Assembly: GCA_963760615.1 (NCBI GenBank) | Contig: CAVXDX010000012.1 | Location: 8,308-72,307, forward strand | Direction of reading: 5' to 3' | DNA: 64,000 nt | Origin: an uncultured Candidatus Micrarchaeota archaeon | GTDB lineage: Archaea > Micrarchaeota > Micrarchaeia > Burarchaeales > Fermentimicrarchaeaceae | Shown here: positions 36,501-45,298 of the stretch, piece by piece | Layout: every line of letters begins with the position of its first letter | How positions within the stretch are numbered: the first letter of the stretch is position 1 | The notes under the pieces: generated by a model | Seen by the model: the letters and a program-made list of their open reading frames with translations, nothing else | The model's database searches: none | What the model was told of the DNA's origin: nothing | Program-made: the position numbers and the translations under genes

Positions 36501-37657
36501 ACATAATAGTTGAGGAGAGGAGGAGTGCCTTCGGGTGCTGTGCCTCCTATTGAATTTGTGCATTTCTGGGAGTTTAGAGTATATGTATCGCAGACAGGCT
36601 GCGGGAACTGGTTCCACGCCCCGCAACCGGAAGAGCTGCAGGAAGAATTGCACGGCAGGTTGGGATTGCCAGTTACACCAAAAGTACAGTCTGAGAAGCA
36701 GTGCGGGATGCCAGTACACGGTGGGCAGTCAGCTGGGCAGTTGCTGCAGTTCTTTCCATGCACCTGGGCATTAGCACTGCAGTCGCCATCCCCGCAGTAG
36801 CCAATAGTTATTGGGGTGTTCTGGTTGTTCTGGTAGCAGTTTGTAGCATTGTTCAGTGCTCCATTGCAGCATTGAACATAGTAGTTCAACGCACCGGATA
36901 TAGCCCCTGACGAGTCTGCGCACACCTGAGATTTGTTAGAATTGCCATTGCAGGCTGTTTGGAAGCCTAAGCAACCATTAACCCCTATGCAGGATTGGTT
37001 GCATACACCATTAATTGAGCAGTCCGAAAGGCATACTGGACCGGCGCATGGACCGCAGTCAGCAGGACAGCTGCTGCATGTCTCCCCTGCTGTGCACACC
37101 CCATCCCCGCAATAGGATGGCGTGCCAGCTGGGCGCGCCTCAAAGGTGGCGGTGATTGCTCCATGGGAAGTCCTGTTCAACCCTCCAACGCAGCTGTTTG
37201 GGTAGTTTGGAGAAGTTTCGCAATCAACATAGTTCAGAGCCACATCAAATTTGACATTCTTGTTTATTGATGGAATCACATCAGTGTCTGTTATATTGAA
37301 GGAGCAGTATACAGTGTCACCCTCCCTTACGATGGTTCCAGTGCCCCAGCAGTATCCGGCGTAGCTGTTCGTTCCTGTCTTGCCGACATTTGTGACGTTT
37401 ACTGTCTGGGTTCCATTGAAGGTTATTACCTTCCCCATGCCGTTGTTCAGCTGGAATACAAGCCTCATCCCTCCGCTGCTGTTTTTGAAGAACTTGAAGG
37501 TCTGGCAGGGCATACCAACCCCGAAGTTGCACTGGGGCGCAGGCTGCTGCGAAGAGAGGTAGTAGAATGCCACAAAGGCTACGAGAAGAATAAGCAGGAA
37601 GGCCCAGCTGTAAGCGGTTATAAACTCAATAGCCGACTGTGCCTTCTGGACCACCAT
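33524..37657 (-). CDS. Giant class III signal peptide protein with cysteine-rich repeats
   Basis: KAQ-SAIEFITAYSWAFLL, pilin-like head, CGDGVC..GETCSSCPADC and DACEV..TNNSNCGHCGNVC repeats, 126-aa 18-Cys repeats. Confidence 0.85.
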   Translation of the reverse strand: MVVQKAQSAIEFITAYSWAFLLILLVAFVAFYYLSSQQPAPQCNFGVGMPCQTFKFFKNSSGGMRLVFQLNNGMGKVITFNGTQTVNVTNVGKTGTNSYAGYCWGTGTIVREGDTVYCSFNITDTDVIPSINKNVKFDVALNYVDCETSPNYPNSCVGGLNRTSHGAITATFEARPAGTPSYCGDGVCTAGETCSSCPADCGPCAGPVCLSDCSINGVCNQSCIGVNGCLGFQTACNGNSNKSQVCADSSGAISGALNYYVQCCNGALNNATNCYQNNQNTPITIGYCGDGDCSANAQVHGKNCSNCPADCPPCTGIPHCFSDCTFGVTGNPNLPCNSSCSSSGCGAWNQFPQPVCDTYTLNSQKCTNSIGGTAPEGTPPLLNYYVTCCLGAPRSLPNSTGGTAPPGYRCYQDTSTTIGWCGDTHCDTANGESCVNCPSDCAACTNTCMPDCTFNNKCNATCSGCSSIFPACNGNVGANVQLCTDSSGGTTGTINYNVSCCNGAITSCGNTSYCSSGSCTGCSIGFANCNYNSSDACEVNLLTNNSNCGHCGNVCPMGTACQGGQCIAACNAACTFNGICNASCLGQNGCPPNTLTFWPACDKISKGTRICSNSTGGSDGRINYQIQCCTGSIDDCGNMFYCTGGIYTNCPGTSVNCNNDSSDACEVPDLNTNDSNCGYCGNVCTGGTTCVGGICTAQTYFYRNTTNLCGYQSTTTGGCGSGLTTTYCSSGKYFPIQDCLSSGYKFCQPETSSGSCATCGDCVGDGTDTCGIAACGTTYGCSTSGNVCDGVGTGASHCAAPSSIEGADCYCPEMCTGGLVCNTTTHKCSRYYQSLPNLCAYYNGTSSTCSSNPITSCPASKKVSASQPTCILGAQLSCVSGYCAVCGDCTGTGDTCGTKSCGTTNGYGCTSPSVCNGLGTGGGNCVPPSSTEGADCYCPEMCTGGLVCNTTTHKCSRYYQSLPNLCGYYYGNSASCGPANAFCASGYKVSASQPTCILGAQLSCVSGYCAVCGDCTGTGDTCGTKSCGTTNGYGCTSPSVCNGLGTGGGNCVPPSSTEGADCYCPEMCTGGLVCNTTTHKCSRYYQSLPNLCGYYYGNSASCGPANAFCASGYKVSASQPTCILGAQLSCVSGYCAVCGDCTGTGDTCGTKSCGTTNGYGCTSPSVCNGLGTGGGNCVAKGGTGATCYCAGMCTSGACSGNPGVCQGYYANTPSLCGYYFGTLATCSSNPITNCDATHYFPTVGCTTTTSTPSCTAVSSTAACAVCGTCSSNSCNAVACGATNNYKCANMCKGGGTGASYCITAGSLANGQACLCPGVCQSGTCSGGTCQSAAGACDNAHPTGTCPGSQVCCNCDNFCHTGTDYQCVTACSTLYCAC
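34124..35074. repeat. Perfect 378-bp tandem repeat (~2.5 copies) plus diverged flanking copies
   Basis: Units start at 34124, 34502 and 34880; the ORF track shows identical shadow ORFs 378 bp apart. Confidence 0.92.
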
Positions 37658-37695
37658 AAAATAGGGTTTTGGCAAGGGAATATATAAAACTATAG

Positions 37696-37869
37696 CTATT
37701 TCTCCCTCAAAACAACAAGGGGTATGACTCCCTTTTCAAACTCCATGTAGGCAATTTTAACTGGATTTATCAGCTTTTCAGGCAATTCTATGATTGGGGG
37801 TGCGCCTGATGCAAGCTGCAATGCTCGCGCACCGATGACTCTTGCTTTCTCAAACCTGGTCAATTCCAT
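37696..37869 (-). CDS. rpoK: RNA polymerase subunit K (Rpo6), 57 aa, absent from ORF track
   Basis: MELTRFEKARVIGARALQLASGAPP...IAYMEFEKGVIPL; SD GGTGAT. Confidence 0.95.
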   Translation of the reverse strand: MELTRFEKARVIGARALQLASGAPPIIELPEKLINPVKIAYMEFEKGVIPLVVLREK

Positions 37870-37878
37870 TATATCACC

Positions 37879-39060
37879 TTATACTAATGCACCCAGAACC
37901 TTTAATAGCTGAGGCCTCTTAAGCAGAACCTTCTGGACAACTGGCTTGTAGTCGCCCTTTATGAGCTCATCCAAATCCTTGTCAGTGAGGTTCTCAAAAA
38001 TTGCATTGAAGTCGTCATCATCAAGCTTCTCAAGCACCTTCCTCAAACGCAGCCTCCTCATGAGCTTTGGCTCCACCTTCCTCCTCCACCTGCTCTCATA
38101 CTCATAGAGGCTCTTCCTGTCTGCCTTCCCCTCAGCTGCGCACTTTGCTGCAACCTCGCCTGCCATACCCCCTGCCTCCATGGCAAGAGCCATCCCACCC
38201 CCGTGGATTGGGTCAACTTGGTGCGCTGCAGTCCCAACAATCATCAGCCCATCTGCAACAAGCTCCTTCAAAGGCTCTCCAACTGGTATCAGACCTCCTT
38301 TTATTGCAACTGTCTGAGCTCCTTGGAAACGCTCGTTGTTCTTTATGAACCTATCCAAGTATTCAACCGCATTGCCCTTCTCCAAGCCGCCTATGCCCAC
38401 TCCCACATTGGCAACATCCTTGCCCTTCGGAAACACCCACACATATCCTCTGGGGGCTGCACTCTTGCTGAAGTATATCTCAATCAAATCCCGGCATTCT
38501 ACATTCACCATCTCGTACTCTATGCCGAAGTCCGTATCGTAAAGAGTAGCAGTTGAATCCACTCCTGCCATTCTCGCAATTGTGGACTCCCCTCCATCTG
38601 CAGCTATGAGCACCTTGCAGTTTGCCTCAAACTTCTCCCCAGCGCAGTTTGCTTTCACCCCGCAAACCTTTCCATCCTTCTTCATGACCTCATAAACTTC
38701 TGTCTTGGCAATGACTTCTGCTCCAGACCTTCCTGCATCAATTGCCAAATCCTTGTCGAAGACCTTCCTGTCAATAACATACCCCCTTGTCTCCGGGTTC
38801 TGTATCTTGACCTCCCTCTTCATATTGGGCGAGTATAAAACTGAGCCGCTTATTTCAGCTGATATTGCTTTTGGTGATATTTTCAAGCCAAGCTCATCCA
38901 GCCAGTGGGAACCAAGTCCCTCACCGCAGCGGACTGGAGCTCCGAGCTCCTTTCTCCTGTCAATAAGCAAAACTGAAGCACCTGCTTGGGCAGCTTTCTT
39001 TGCGGCAAAACTGCCTCCAGGTCCTGCTCCAACAACTATGACATCATAATCTGTTTTCAC
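37879..39060 (-). CDS. Digeranylgeranylglycerophospholipid reductase (GGR family)
   Basis: VVGAGPGG, PVRCGEG, PRGYVWVFPKG, QVDPIHGGG. Confidence 0.92.
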   Translation of the reverse strand: MKTDYDVIVVGAGPGGSFAAKKAAQAGASVLLIDRRKELGAPVRCGEGLGSHWLDELGLKISPKAISAEISGSVLYSPNMKREVKIQNPETRGYVIDRKVFDKDLAIDAGRSGAEVIAKTEVYEVMKKDGKVCGVKANCAGEKFEANCKVLIAADGGESTIARMAGVDSTATLYDTDFGIEYEMVNVECRDLIEIYFSKSAAPRGYVWVFPKGKDVANVGVGIGGLEKGNAVEYLDRFIKNNERFQGAQTVAIKGGLIPVGEPLKELVADGLMIVGTAAHQVDPIHGGGMALAMEAGGMAGEVAAKCAAEGKADRKSLYEYESRWRRKVEPKLMRRLRLRKVLEKLDDDDFNAIFENLTDKDLDELIKGDYKPVVQKVLLKRPQLLKVLGALV

Positions 39061-39064
39061 ACAA

Positions 39065-39244
39065 TCACTTCCTGAACTCAATAGCCTTCATGGGACACGC
39101 TTTGGCGCACACACCGCAGTTTATGCACTTCTTCTCATCGTACTCTATGAAAGTTTCCTTAAGAATAAGAGCAAGTTTTGGGCACACGCCCACACACGCC
39201 CCGCAGTAGATGCACCTGTGCCTGTCTATCTTTATCAAACTCAC
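39065..39244 (-). CDS. 2x[4Fe-4S] ferredoxin, 59 aa, absent from ORF track
   Basis: CIYCGACVGVCP and CINCGVCAKACP; directly upstream of GGR. Confidence 0.9.
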   Translation of the reverse strand: MSLIKIDRHRCIYCGACVGVCPKLALILKETFIEYDEKKCINCGVCAKACPMKAIEFRK

Positions 39245-39313
39245 ACCTTTGGCTCTTGAATTATAGCACTAAGCTAATAAAAAACTAACTGAAGCCTGAC
39301 ATACAGTTTATTC

Positions 39314-39583
39314 CTAGCAAACTGATAAAATGGTAGTGGCCAGGAGTGCTGCTAGAATTATAACTAACGGTAGAGAAAGAATTGGATTTTGGGATGATAC
39401 GATAATGAGAGTTATAAACATGTAAAAGATTATGATGTAATATAATTGTGGAGTTGCACAGTGATTGGGTTCCGCATAAGCCATAAAAAGAAATCCCAAA
39501 ATAAGTATTGTTGTCAAAATTTGGAGCAGTAGCCTATACTTCCTTTGATTATCTGGTTTATTTAATTCACCTTTCTTTGCCAT
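39314..39583 (-). CDS. Small AT-rich membrane protein
   Basis: Three hydrophobic segments; visibly lower GC than flanks. Confidence 0.55.
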   Translation of the reverse strand: MAKKGELNKPDNQRKYRLLLQILTTILILGFLFMAYAEPNHCATPQLYYIIIFYMFITLIIVSSQNPILSLPLVIILAALLATTILSVC

Positions 39584-39594
39584 CCAACCACCCA

Positions 39595-40245
39595 TCACCA
39601 CTCATTATACTCAGTATCATTGAACTCATAAACAATTTTGTTCTCCTCATCCTTCTCCGTTGATATCTGGGCTTCCAGAATCTCCTTGCTGCCTGCAAGG
39701 TTTATGTCATGCACCGGGTCAAAGAGGTAATACCTGCTGCCGAAGCTGAACATGACGAAGGCGTGCTTCAAGCCTCCCTTCGTCTCCACAACCACCTTTG
39801 CGCTTCTATTGCCGAGAGCTATGAGCAAGGAACACAGCAGTATTGCCTTGTCCATCTCGTCAGCTGCACTCAGCTCGAGTATGTCCCTCGGGCTGAGCCA
39901 GAACTCTATGTTGACGTGCTCATTCTTAATCTCATCCTTCACAAACTCGAAAGACTTCTGGGAAGCAGCGAGGAAATCCCTCTCATAATCATAGGGCTTG
40001 AACTCCCTCGTCAGCTTGTCCCTCAGCTCTATAACCGCAGAGCTCTGCGGCTTCACCAGGCTTCTCAGCTCAGGGATGGATTTGCTCTCCCCTGCTTCTA
40101 TGAGCTCCCTGTAGCGCTCTATTATCTTCTTGTAGATTAGTTCGCGCCTCTTCAAAACCTCGAGCTCAGATTCGCATTCTTTGGCCGCCTCATCAGGCTC
40201 TGGCTTGGGCTCTGGCGCCTCCCTCTTCCTGAGGAATGGGATGAT
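39595..40245 (-). CDS. Transglutaminase-like protein, probably inactive; start uncertain
   Basis: DEMDKAILLCSLLIALG (Cys position is Glu), HAFV, LFDP; frame open upstream of TTG 40155 to about 40270. Confidence 0.6.
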   Translation of the reverse strand: MIPFLRKREAPEPKPEPDEAAKECESELEVLKRRELIYKKIIERYRELIEAGESKSIPELRSLVKPQSSAVIELRDKLTREFKPYDYERDFLAASQKSFEFVKDEIKNEHVNIEFWLSPRDILELSAADEMDKAILLCSLLIALGNRSAKVVVETKGGLKHAFVMFSFGSRYYLFDPVHDINLAGSKEILEAQISTEKDEENKIVYEFNDTEYNEW

Positions 40246-40324
40246 GTTGGCGGCAAATATTATTATATATACCCACTATGTATCTACTTATGACGAATTG
40301 TTAATAAATGGTTAAGGTGATTTA

Positions 40325-41623
40325 ACGAATATAACTTTTTTTGGCGGTGCTGGTGAGGTCGGAAGGAACTGTATACTGGTTGAGGATGGAAGGTCAAATC
40401 TTCTGCTTGATGCCGGCGTGAAGCTGGGGGAAACTGACGAATACCCGCTCATACGCGATGAAGAGGTAAGGACGCTGCACAGGATAGCAATAAGCCACAC
40501 TCACTTGGACCACATGGGCTATCTGCCTTACATGTACGCAAGGGGGTGCAGGGCGACAGTATACTCGACAAAACCAACTCATGACCTGAGCCAGCTGCTG
40601 CTCGCGGATTACCAGAGGATAAACAGGGGTATGAAGTTCAGCAATAATGACATAATAAAGGCAATGAAGATGTGGAAGATGGTCGAGTACGGGGAGGTTG
40701 TCGGCGAAGGGCTAAAGTTCTCCTTCCACAAATCAGGTCATATACTTGGCAGCTCCATGGTGCTTGTGCAGGGCGACAGCAGACTGCTCTTCAGCTCTGA
40801 TGTCAACGATAGGGAGACCAAGCTGCTCGACCCGGCAGAGAGGAACATTGTTGCAGAGAACCTCATAATTGAGAGCACTTACGGGGCTCCTGGGGATGAG
40901 CACCCTACTCTTAAGAACGCATCAAAGATGCTGTGCGACAGCATAAACAGGACAATCAAGAAAGGGGGAAAGGTTATCATACCGAGCTTTGCTGTGGGGA
41001 GGGCGCAGGACATACTTTTCGTCCTTGAGAGCTACATGAGTTCCGGAGTACTAGAGCATGTGCCGATATTTGTTGACGGGATGATACTGAAGGCAAACAG
41101 GATATACAGGCAGAATGTGATATATGCCAGAGATGAGATACAGAAAAGGATACTCATGAGCGATGACGACCCGTTCAAGAGCAAGTTCTTCCACACTCCG
41201 CACACAAAGGACAGGAGCGATGTGATTGAGAGAGGTAGCGCAATAATTGTATCCACCTCAGGAATGCTTACAGGAGGTCCTGTGCTGCACTATATGGAGA
41301 AGCTTGCAGGGGATAGCAGGAATTTGCTCATCTTCGTTGGCTACCAAGCAGAAGGAACTCTGGGGAGGAAGCTGGTTGAGGGGCAGAAGCATATGACCAT
41401 AGACGGCAAGGAAGTTGAGATTAAGATGGGGGTTGAGCAGCTGTCTTTCAGCGCCCACGCGGACTATAAGGGTCTGCTTGACATAGTGAGGAGCACAAAG
41501 AAGCTGAAGAGGGTTTTCGTCATACACGGGGAGGGGGACAAGCCGAGGGAGCTTGGAGAGGCCATAGGGAAGATGGGATATGAGGTTGTTATACCCAGGA
41601 ATGGAGAGAGCTTCAGGATTTAA
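40325..41623 (+). CDS. beta-CASP metallo-beta-lactamase ribonuclease
   Basis: ITFFGGAGEVGRNC, LLDAG, SHTHLDHMG, SGHILGS, ESTYG, SGMLTGG, FSAHAD; inferred ACG start. Confidence 0.88.
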   Translation, partial: TNITFFGGAGEVGRNCILVEDGRSNLLLDAGVKLGETDEYPLIRDEEVRTLHRIAISHTHLDHMGYLPYMYARGCRATVYSTKPTHDLSQLLLADYQRINRGMKFSNNDIIKAMKMWKMVEYGEVVGEGLKFSFHKSGHILGSSMVLVQGDSRLLFSSDVNDRETKLLDPAERNIVAENLIIESTYGAPGDEHPTLKNASKMLCDSINRTIKKGGKVIIPSFAVGRAQDILFVLESYMSSGVLEHVPIFVDGMILKANRIYRQNVIYARDEIQKRILMSDDDPFKSKFFHTPHTKDRSDVIERGSAIIVSTSGMLTGGPVLHYMEKLAGDSRNLLIFVGYQAEGTLGRKLVEGQKHMTIDGKEVEIKMGVEQLSFSAHADYKGLLDIVRSTKKLKRVFVIHGEGDKPRELGEAIGKMGYEVVIPRNGESFRI

Positions 41624-41654
41624 TATTTAAATTAAGGGATGCAATTCTAATTGT

Positions 41655-42971
41655 ATGGAATCCGCTTTTCTCAAGAGGTGCCAGGAAGTCAGAAAATGCA
41701 TAGAGAGCTTCAGCAAGCCCCTTATTGTGCACCACTACGATGCAGATGGAATGGCAGCGGGCGCGCTGGTTGCAAAGGCGCTGAGGAAGAGGGGAATTAT
41801 GTATAACATGCTGACTCTGCGCAAGCTGGAAGAGAGAAACGAGATAAAGGAGGCAAAAGAGCTGATTTTTGTCGATTTTGGCGGGGTTGAGGAGGCGCTG
41901 GGGGAGGCGCTGAAGGGGAAGAAAGCTGTCATAATAGACCACCACCCGGGGGGAGAGGGCAGTTTTCTGCAGGCCAACCCGCACCTCTTCGGGTTTGACG
42001 GGGGAAGCGACATAAGCTCAGCAGGCACAGCTTACATGGTGTTTGGAGATGTTGAATTTGTTGATTTGGCTCTTGTTGGCGCTGTCGGGGACATGCAGTT
42101 CCCCCTGAAAAGCTTGAACAGGGAGATTCTCAGGGAAGGGATAAAGAATGGAATTGCCAGGTGCGATATTGATTTGGGCATCTTCGGGAGGGTTAGCAGG
42201 CCTCTTGTCTGGTTCCTCTCCTACTGCACAGAGCCCTTCCTGCCAGGTCTAACTGGGAATGAAAAGAGCTGCTACAGGTTTCTTAGCGAGGCGAGCATAG
42301 AGTTGAAGCAGGAAAATAGATGGAGGAAGTATTTTGAGCTCAGCATGGAGGAGAGAGTGAGGCTCATCTCGGCTCTTGTTGCCTACCTTTACTCAAAAGG
42401 AATTGGAGAAGTTGCCAGCGAGCTCATTGGGGAGGTTTACATTCTTACAAAACAGCCTGAGGGAAGCGAGCTGAGCGATGCCAAGGAGTACAGCACTTTA
42501 CTTAATGCATGCGGGAGGCATGACAGGCCTGACATAGGCATAAGAGTATGCCTTGGGGAGGAGGGGGCTCTGGAGGAGTCCAGAAAACTGCTCTATGAGC
42601 ACAGGAGGCAGCTGAGGGAGGGGATGTTCTACGCAATATCCAAGTACGAAAACTACGGGAAATTCTATTTCCTTGATGGGAGAGACCACATAGAAGACGG
42701 CATCATAGGCATAATCGCAGGCATGCTTTACGGCGGGGCTCTTGCCAGCGACAAGCCGATAGTTGGGATTGCAAATGATAGGGGAGGAAAGATAAAAATT
42801 TCCGCAAGGGCGACCAAAAAGCTTGTTGAGAGAGGGATGAATCTTGGTGAGGCTCTTGGGAATGCATGCAGAGGGATAGGAGCAGGAGGGGGGCACAACA
42901 TAGCTGCAGGCGCAACAATAGAAAGCAACAAGCTCAATGAATTTTTAATAAACTTCGCAAAAGAGCTATAG
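41655..42971 (+). CDS. RecJ-like DHH/DHHA1 exonuclease
   Basis: HHYDADG, FVDFG, IDHH, GAVGDMQ, GGGHNIAAG. Confidence 0.9.
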   Translation: MESAFLKRCQEVRKCIESFSKPLIVHHYDADGMAAGALVAKALRKRGIMYNMLTLRKLEERNEIKEAKELIFVDFGGVEEALGEALKGKKAVIIDHHPGGEGSFLQANPHLFGFDGGSDISSAGTAYMVFGDVEFVDLALVGAVGDMQFPLKSLNREILREGIKNGIARCDIDLGIFGRVSRPLVWFLSYCTEPFLPGLTGNEKSCYRFLSEASIELKQENRWRKYFELSMEERVRLISALVAYLYSKGIGEVASELIGEVYILTKQPEGSELSDAKEYSTLLNACGRHDRPDIGIRVCLGEEGALEESRKLLYEHRRQLREGMFYAISKYENYGKFYFLDGRDHIEDGIIGIIAGMLYGGALASDKPIVGIANDRGGKIKISARATKKLVERGMNLGEALGNACRGIGAGGGHNIAAGATIESNKLNEFLINFAKEL

Positions 42972-43847
42972 TATTCTACATCCTACTATTTCGAATAAGG
43001 CCATGAGGATGAATTGCGCCACAAGATTGGCTACCATGGGCAGCACGGCAGTTGCACCAAAAAGTTTTAGTACTATGGCGAAGGACAGCATGGCATTCTT
43101 GACGCTGGTTGCAACGAAAAACGTCACTGCTGACTTCTTTCCATACCTCTTACCAAATAGGTAGGCCAGCACACCACCAAAAAGAAGCATGAAGAAAATT
43201 ATGACAGTCTGCTGGAGGAACATCTGCTCATTTCCCGCTATGACTCCATAGCTCACACCAATTATGCTTGAAGCGAGGAGGAACATGACAACAAGCTGGT
43301 AATCCTTGTGTGTGTTTATGCTTTCAACCAGTTTTTTGAAGAGTTTTTTTGAAAGTAGAGCTACGAGTATTGGGATTACTATGACTTCTATGAGAATTGT
43401 GAAAATTTTATTATTGTCAATTGAGCCTGAAGCTCCACCCAGCAGGTATACGGTAAGAGGAAGCGTGACTATTGAAAGAAGCGATGCTATGAAGGATATT
43501 GCAACTCCGAGTGCAATATCCCCTCCCAGAAATGATGTGAAGAATGCTGTTGCCGCTGCGCTCGGTGACGCCAGTGCGAAAAGCACCCCTAAGAAAGTCA
43601 TGGAGTCTGAAAGCTTGAACGGCAAGGCAAGCAGAGGCATCAAAACAAAGACAAAAAGCAGAAGGACCAGCAGCTGCCTTGGGTTGGCCTTTTCCAAATC
43701 TTTCTTTTCCACCCTCAGCGCAGAGAAAAACATCAGGAGGGCAAGAAGGAAGTTCTGGTAATCCTTCCAAAGCAGTGTAATATTTGGGAACAGTAGTCCG
43801 CATGCTATTGAGAGAAATATTACAATTGAAAATAGGTATCTACTCAT
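42966..43847 (-). CDS. Bile acid:sodium symporter family transporter
   Basis: Multi-TM; ASPSAAA..FFTSFLGGDIAL, VKN motif. Confidence 0.82.
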   Translation of the reverse strand: MSRYLFSIVIFLSIACGLLFPNITLLWKDYQNFLLALLMFFSALRVEKKDLEKANPRQLLVLLLFVFVLMPLLALPFKLSDSMTFLGVLFALASPSAAATAFFTSFLGGDIALGVAISFIASLLSIVTLPLTVYLLGGASGSIDNNKIFTILIEVIVIPILVALLSKKLFKKLVESINTHKDYQLVVMFLLASSIIGVSYGVIAGNEQMFLQQTVIIFFMLLFGGVLAYLFGKRYGKKSAVTFFVATSVKNAMLSFAIVLKLFGATAVLPMVANLVAQFILMALFEIVGCRIL

Positions 43848-44496
43848 CCGCATCGAACTCGCTCAGCTTCCTCTGCTTCAGCTTGTCAATTGTTTCCCAT
43901 TCCTTCCTTATGTACTTGTGAATTTCCGGCCTGTGGAAGTTCTTCTTCAGAAAATCTATCGTCCTGTCATCGGAGCTGTAGCCGCTCCCAAAATTGCAGC
44001 AGAGCTCCTTCTTTATCTCCTCAATTACTGCATCCCTCTCCACCTTTGCTATGATGGATGCAGCCGAGCATATGGGGTAGTTGAAGTCCGCCTTGTGCTC
44101 GCAGATGAGCTGCTCATCGCCAAGGTGGTATTTCCTTATCCTCGTGCAGAACCTATTGGCAACAGTATCCGGCGAGTCTATGTAAACAACCTCTGGAGGA
44201 GTTTTTAGGAGGGAGAGGGCTTTCCCAAGCTCCATGGCCTCAATTTCATTCAGGCTGTGCTTCTTCATCTCCTCATTCAGCGAGTTTGCGGTCGTCTTCA
44301 TAACCACAAACTCTCTGCATAGGGAGGTCATCTTTCCGTAGAGGTGCTCCCTCTTTTTAGGTGTGAGGAGCTTTGAGTCCTTCACGCCAATCTTCCTGAG
44401 CTCCTCCTCCTTCTCCTTTTCGATGGTTGCAAGGCATATGACAAGCGGGCCGAGCACGCACCCCCTGCCAGCCTCGTCTGCCCCTCCTATGAGTAT
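43840..44496 (-). CDS. rnhB: Ribonuclease HII
   Basis: LIGGADEAGRGCVLGPL, VKDSKLL, YIDS, EHKAD..YPICSAASIIAKVERD, FGSGY, PIP-like QRKLSEF; inferred ATA start. Confidence 0.93.
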   Translation of the reverse strand: MLIGGADEAGRGCVLGPLVICLATIEKEKEEELRKIGVKDSKLLTPKKREHLYGKMTSLCREFVVMKTTANSLNEEMKKHSLNEIEAMELGKALSLLKTPPEVVYIDSPDTVANRFCTRIRKYHLGDEQLICEHKADFNYPICSAASIIAKVERDAVIEEIKKELCCNFGSGYSSDDRTIDFLKKNFHRPEIHKYIRKEWETIDKLKQRKLSEFDADE

Positions 44497-44543
44497 GGTA
44501 CCACCTCTTTAAACTAAAGAAACAGAATGAGAAAGGGTAAAAA

Positions 44544-44795
44544 TCAAAGCACTTTCTTGTCAAGTATTATGTGGTCCGAAACAGCGAGCACTGCAGAGTA
44601 TGGGATGAGGAGCATTCCCTCCTCTCTCTTCATCTTTCTCACCGTCGGGTTGTCCACATTGGGCTCAACAATCAGCGACTCTATCTTTCCAGTGACCTCG
44701 CTGACGTAGGCATCAACGAATTTCCCTATCTCTTCCCCGTCATTTGTTATCAGCTTCTTGCCAGCCAGCTGTTTCGCAATAACGAATTTTCCCAT
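44544..44795 (-). CDS. PRC-barrel domain protein
   Basis: LAGKKLITNDGEEIGKFVD...IPYSAVLAVSDHIIL. Confidence 0.85.
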   Translation of the reverse strand: MGKFVIAKQLAGKKLITNDGEEIGKFVDAYVSEVTGKIESLIVEPNVDNPTVRKMKREEGMLLIPYSAVLAVSDHIILDKKVL

Positions 44796-44840
44796 CGATA
44801 CCACCTTTCAATCTCAAGAGACTTTTATCTTCTAGGTTAT

Positions 44841-45290
44841 TTAAATAGCTTTCGTATAGTCGCGCCAGAAGAGCGGAATTAGACCTGCGATGAAAGCTAA
44901 GGTGACGATTATTCTAACTTGTTTTTCATCGCTAATGCCGAAGTATAACATGCCAAATACAGCTGCCAGCACAATTATGAGCATTATAATCAGCTCCTTG
45001 AAAGGCGGGTGCAAAATATGATGTAGAGGTGTCCCTAGGATATCACGTGTCTTTTCTGCCTCTTCTCTAGATATCTTAGATTCTTTGATTTTTTTATCAA
45101 GTTCATTCCCTCTGTGGTATAAATATGGGAAGACAAGTATTGCTCCGATAAGAAAAGCTACCCAAGGATTAACATTAAAAATAACGGATAGGGTAAGTGT
45201 TATTGCAACGAAAACGAACCCTCCTACATATTGTATTTTTTTAAGCTCTTTCGCAAAACTTTCTATTTTCCTTCTTTCTGCTTGGCTCAA
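44841..45290 (-). CDS. Hypothetical AT-rich membrane protein
   Basis: Four TM segments; SD GGTGGT then TTG. Confidence 0.6.
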   Translation of the reverse strand: MSQAERRKIESFAKELKKIQYVGGFVFVAITLTLSVIFNVNPWVAFLIGAILVFPYLYHRGNELDKKIKESKISREEAEKTRDILGTPLHHILHPPFKELIIMLIIVLAAVFGMLYFGISDEKQVRIIVTLAFIAGLIPLFWRDYTKAI

Positions 45291-45298
45291 ACAACCAC

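Noticed and set aside
33634-37562. Many short ORFs overlapping the giant gene
   Set aside because: Shadow frames produced by the TGC/TGT-rich repetitive coding sequence
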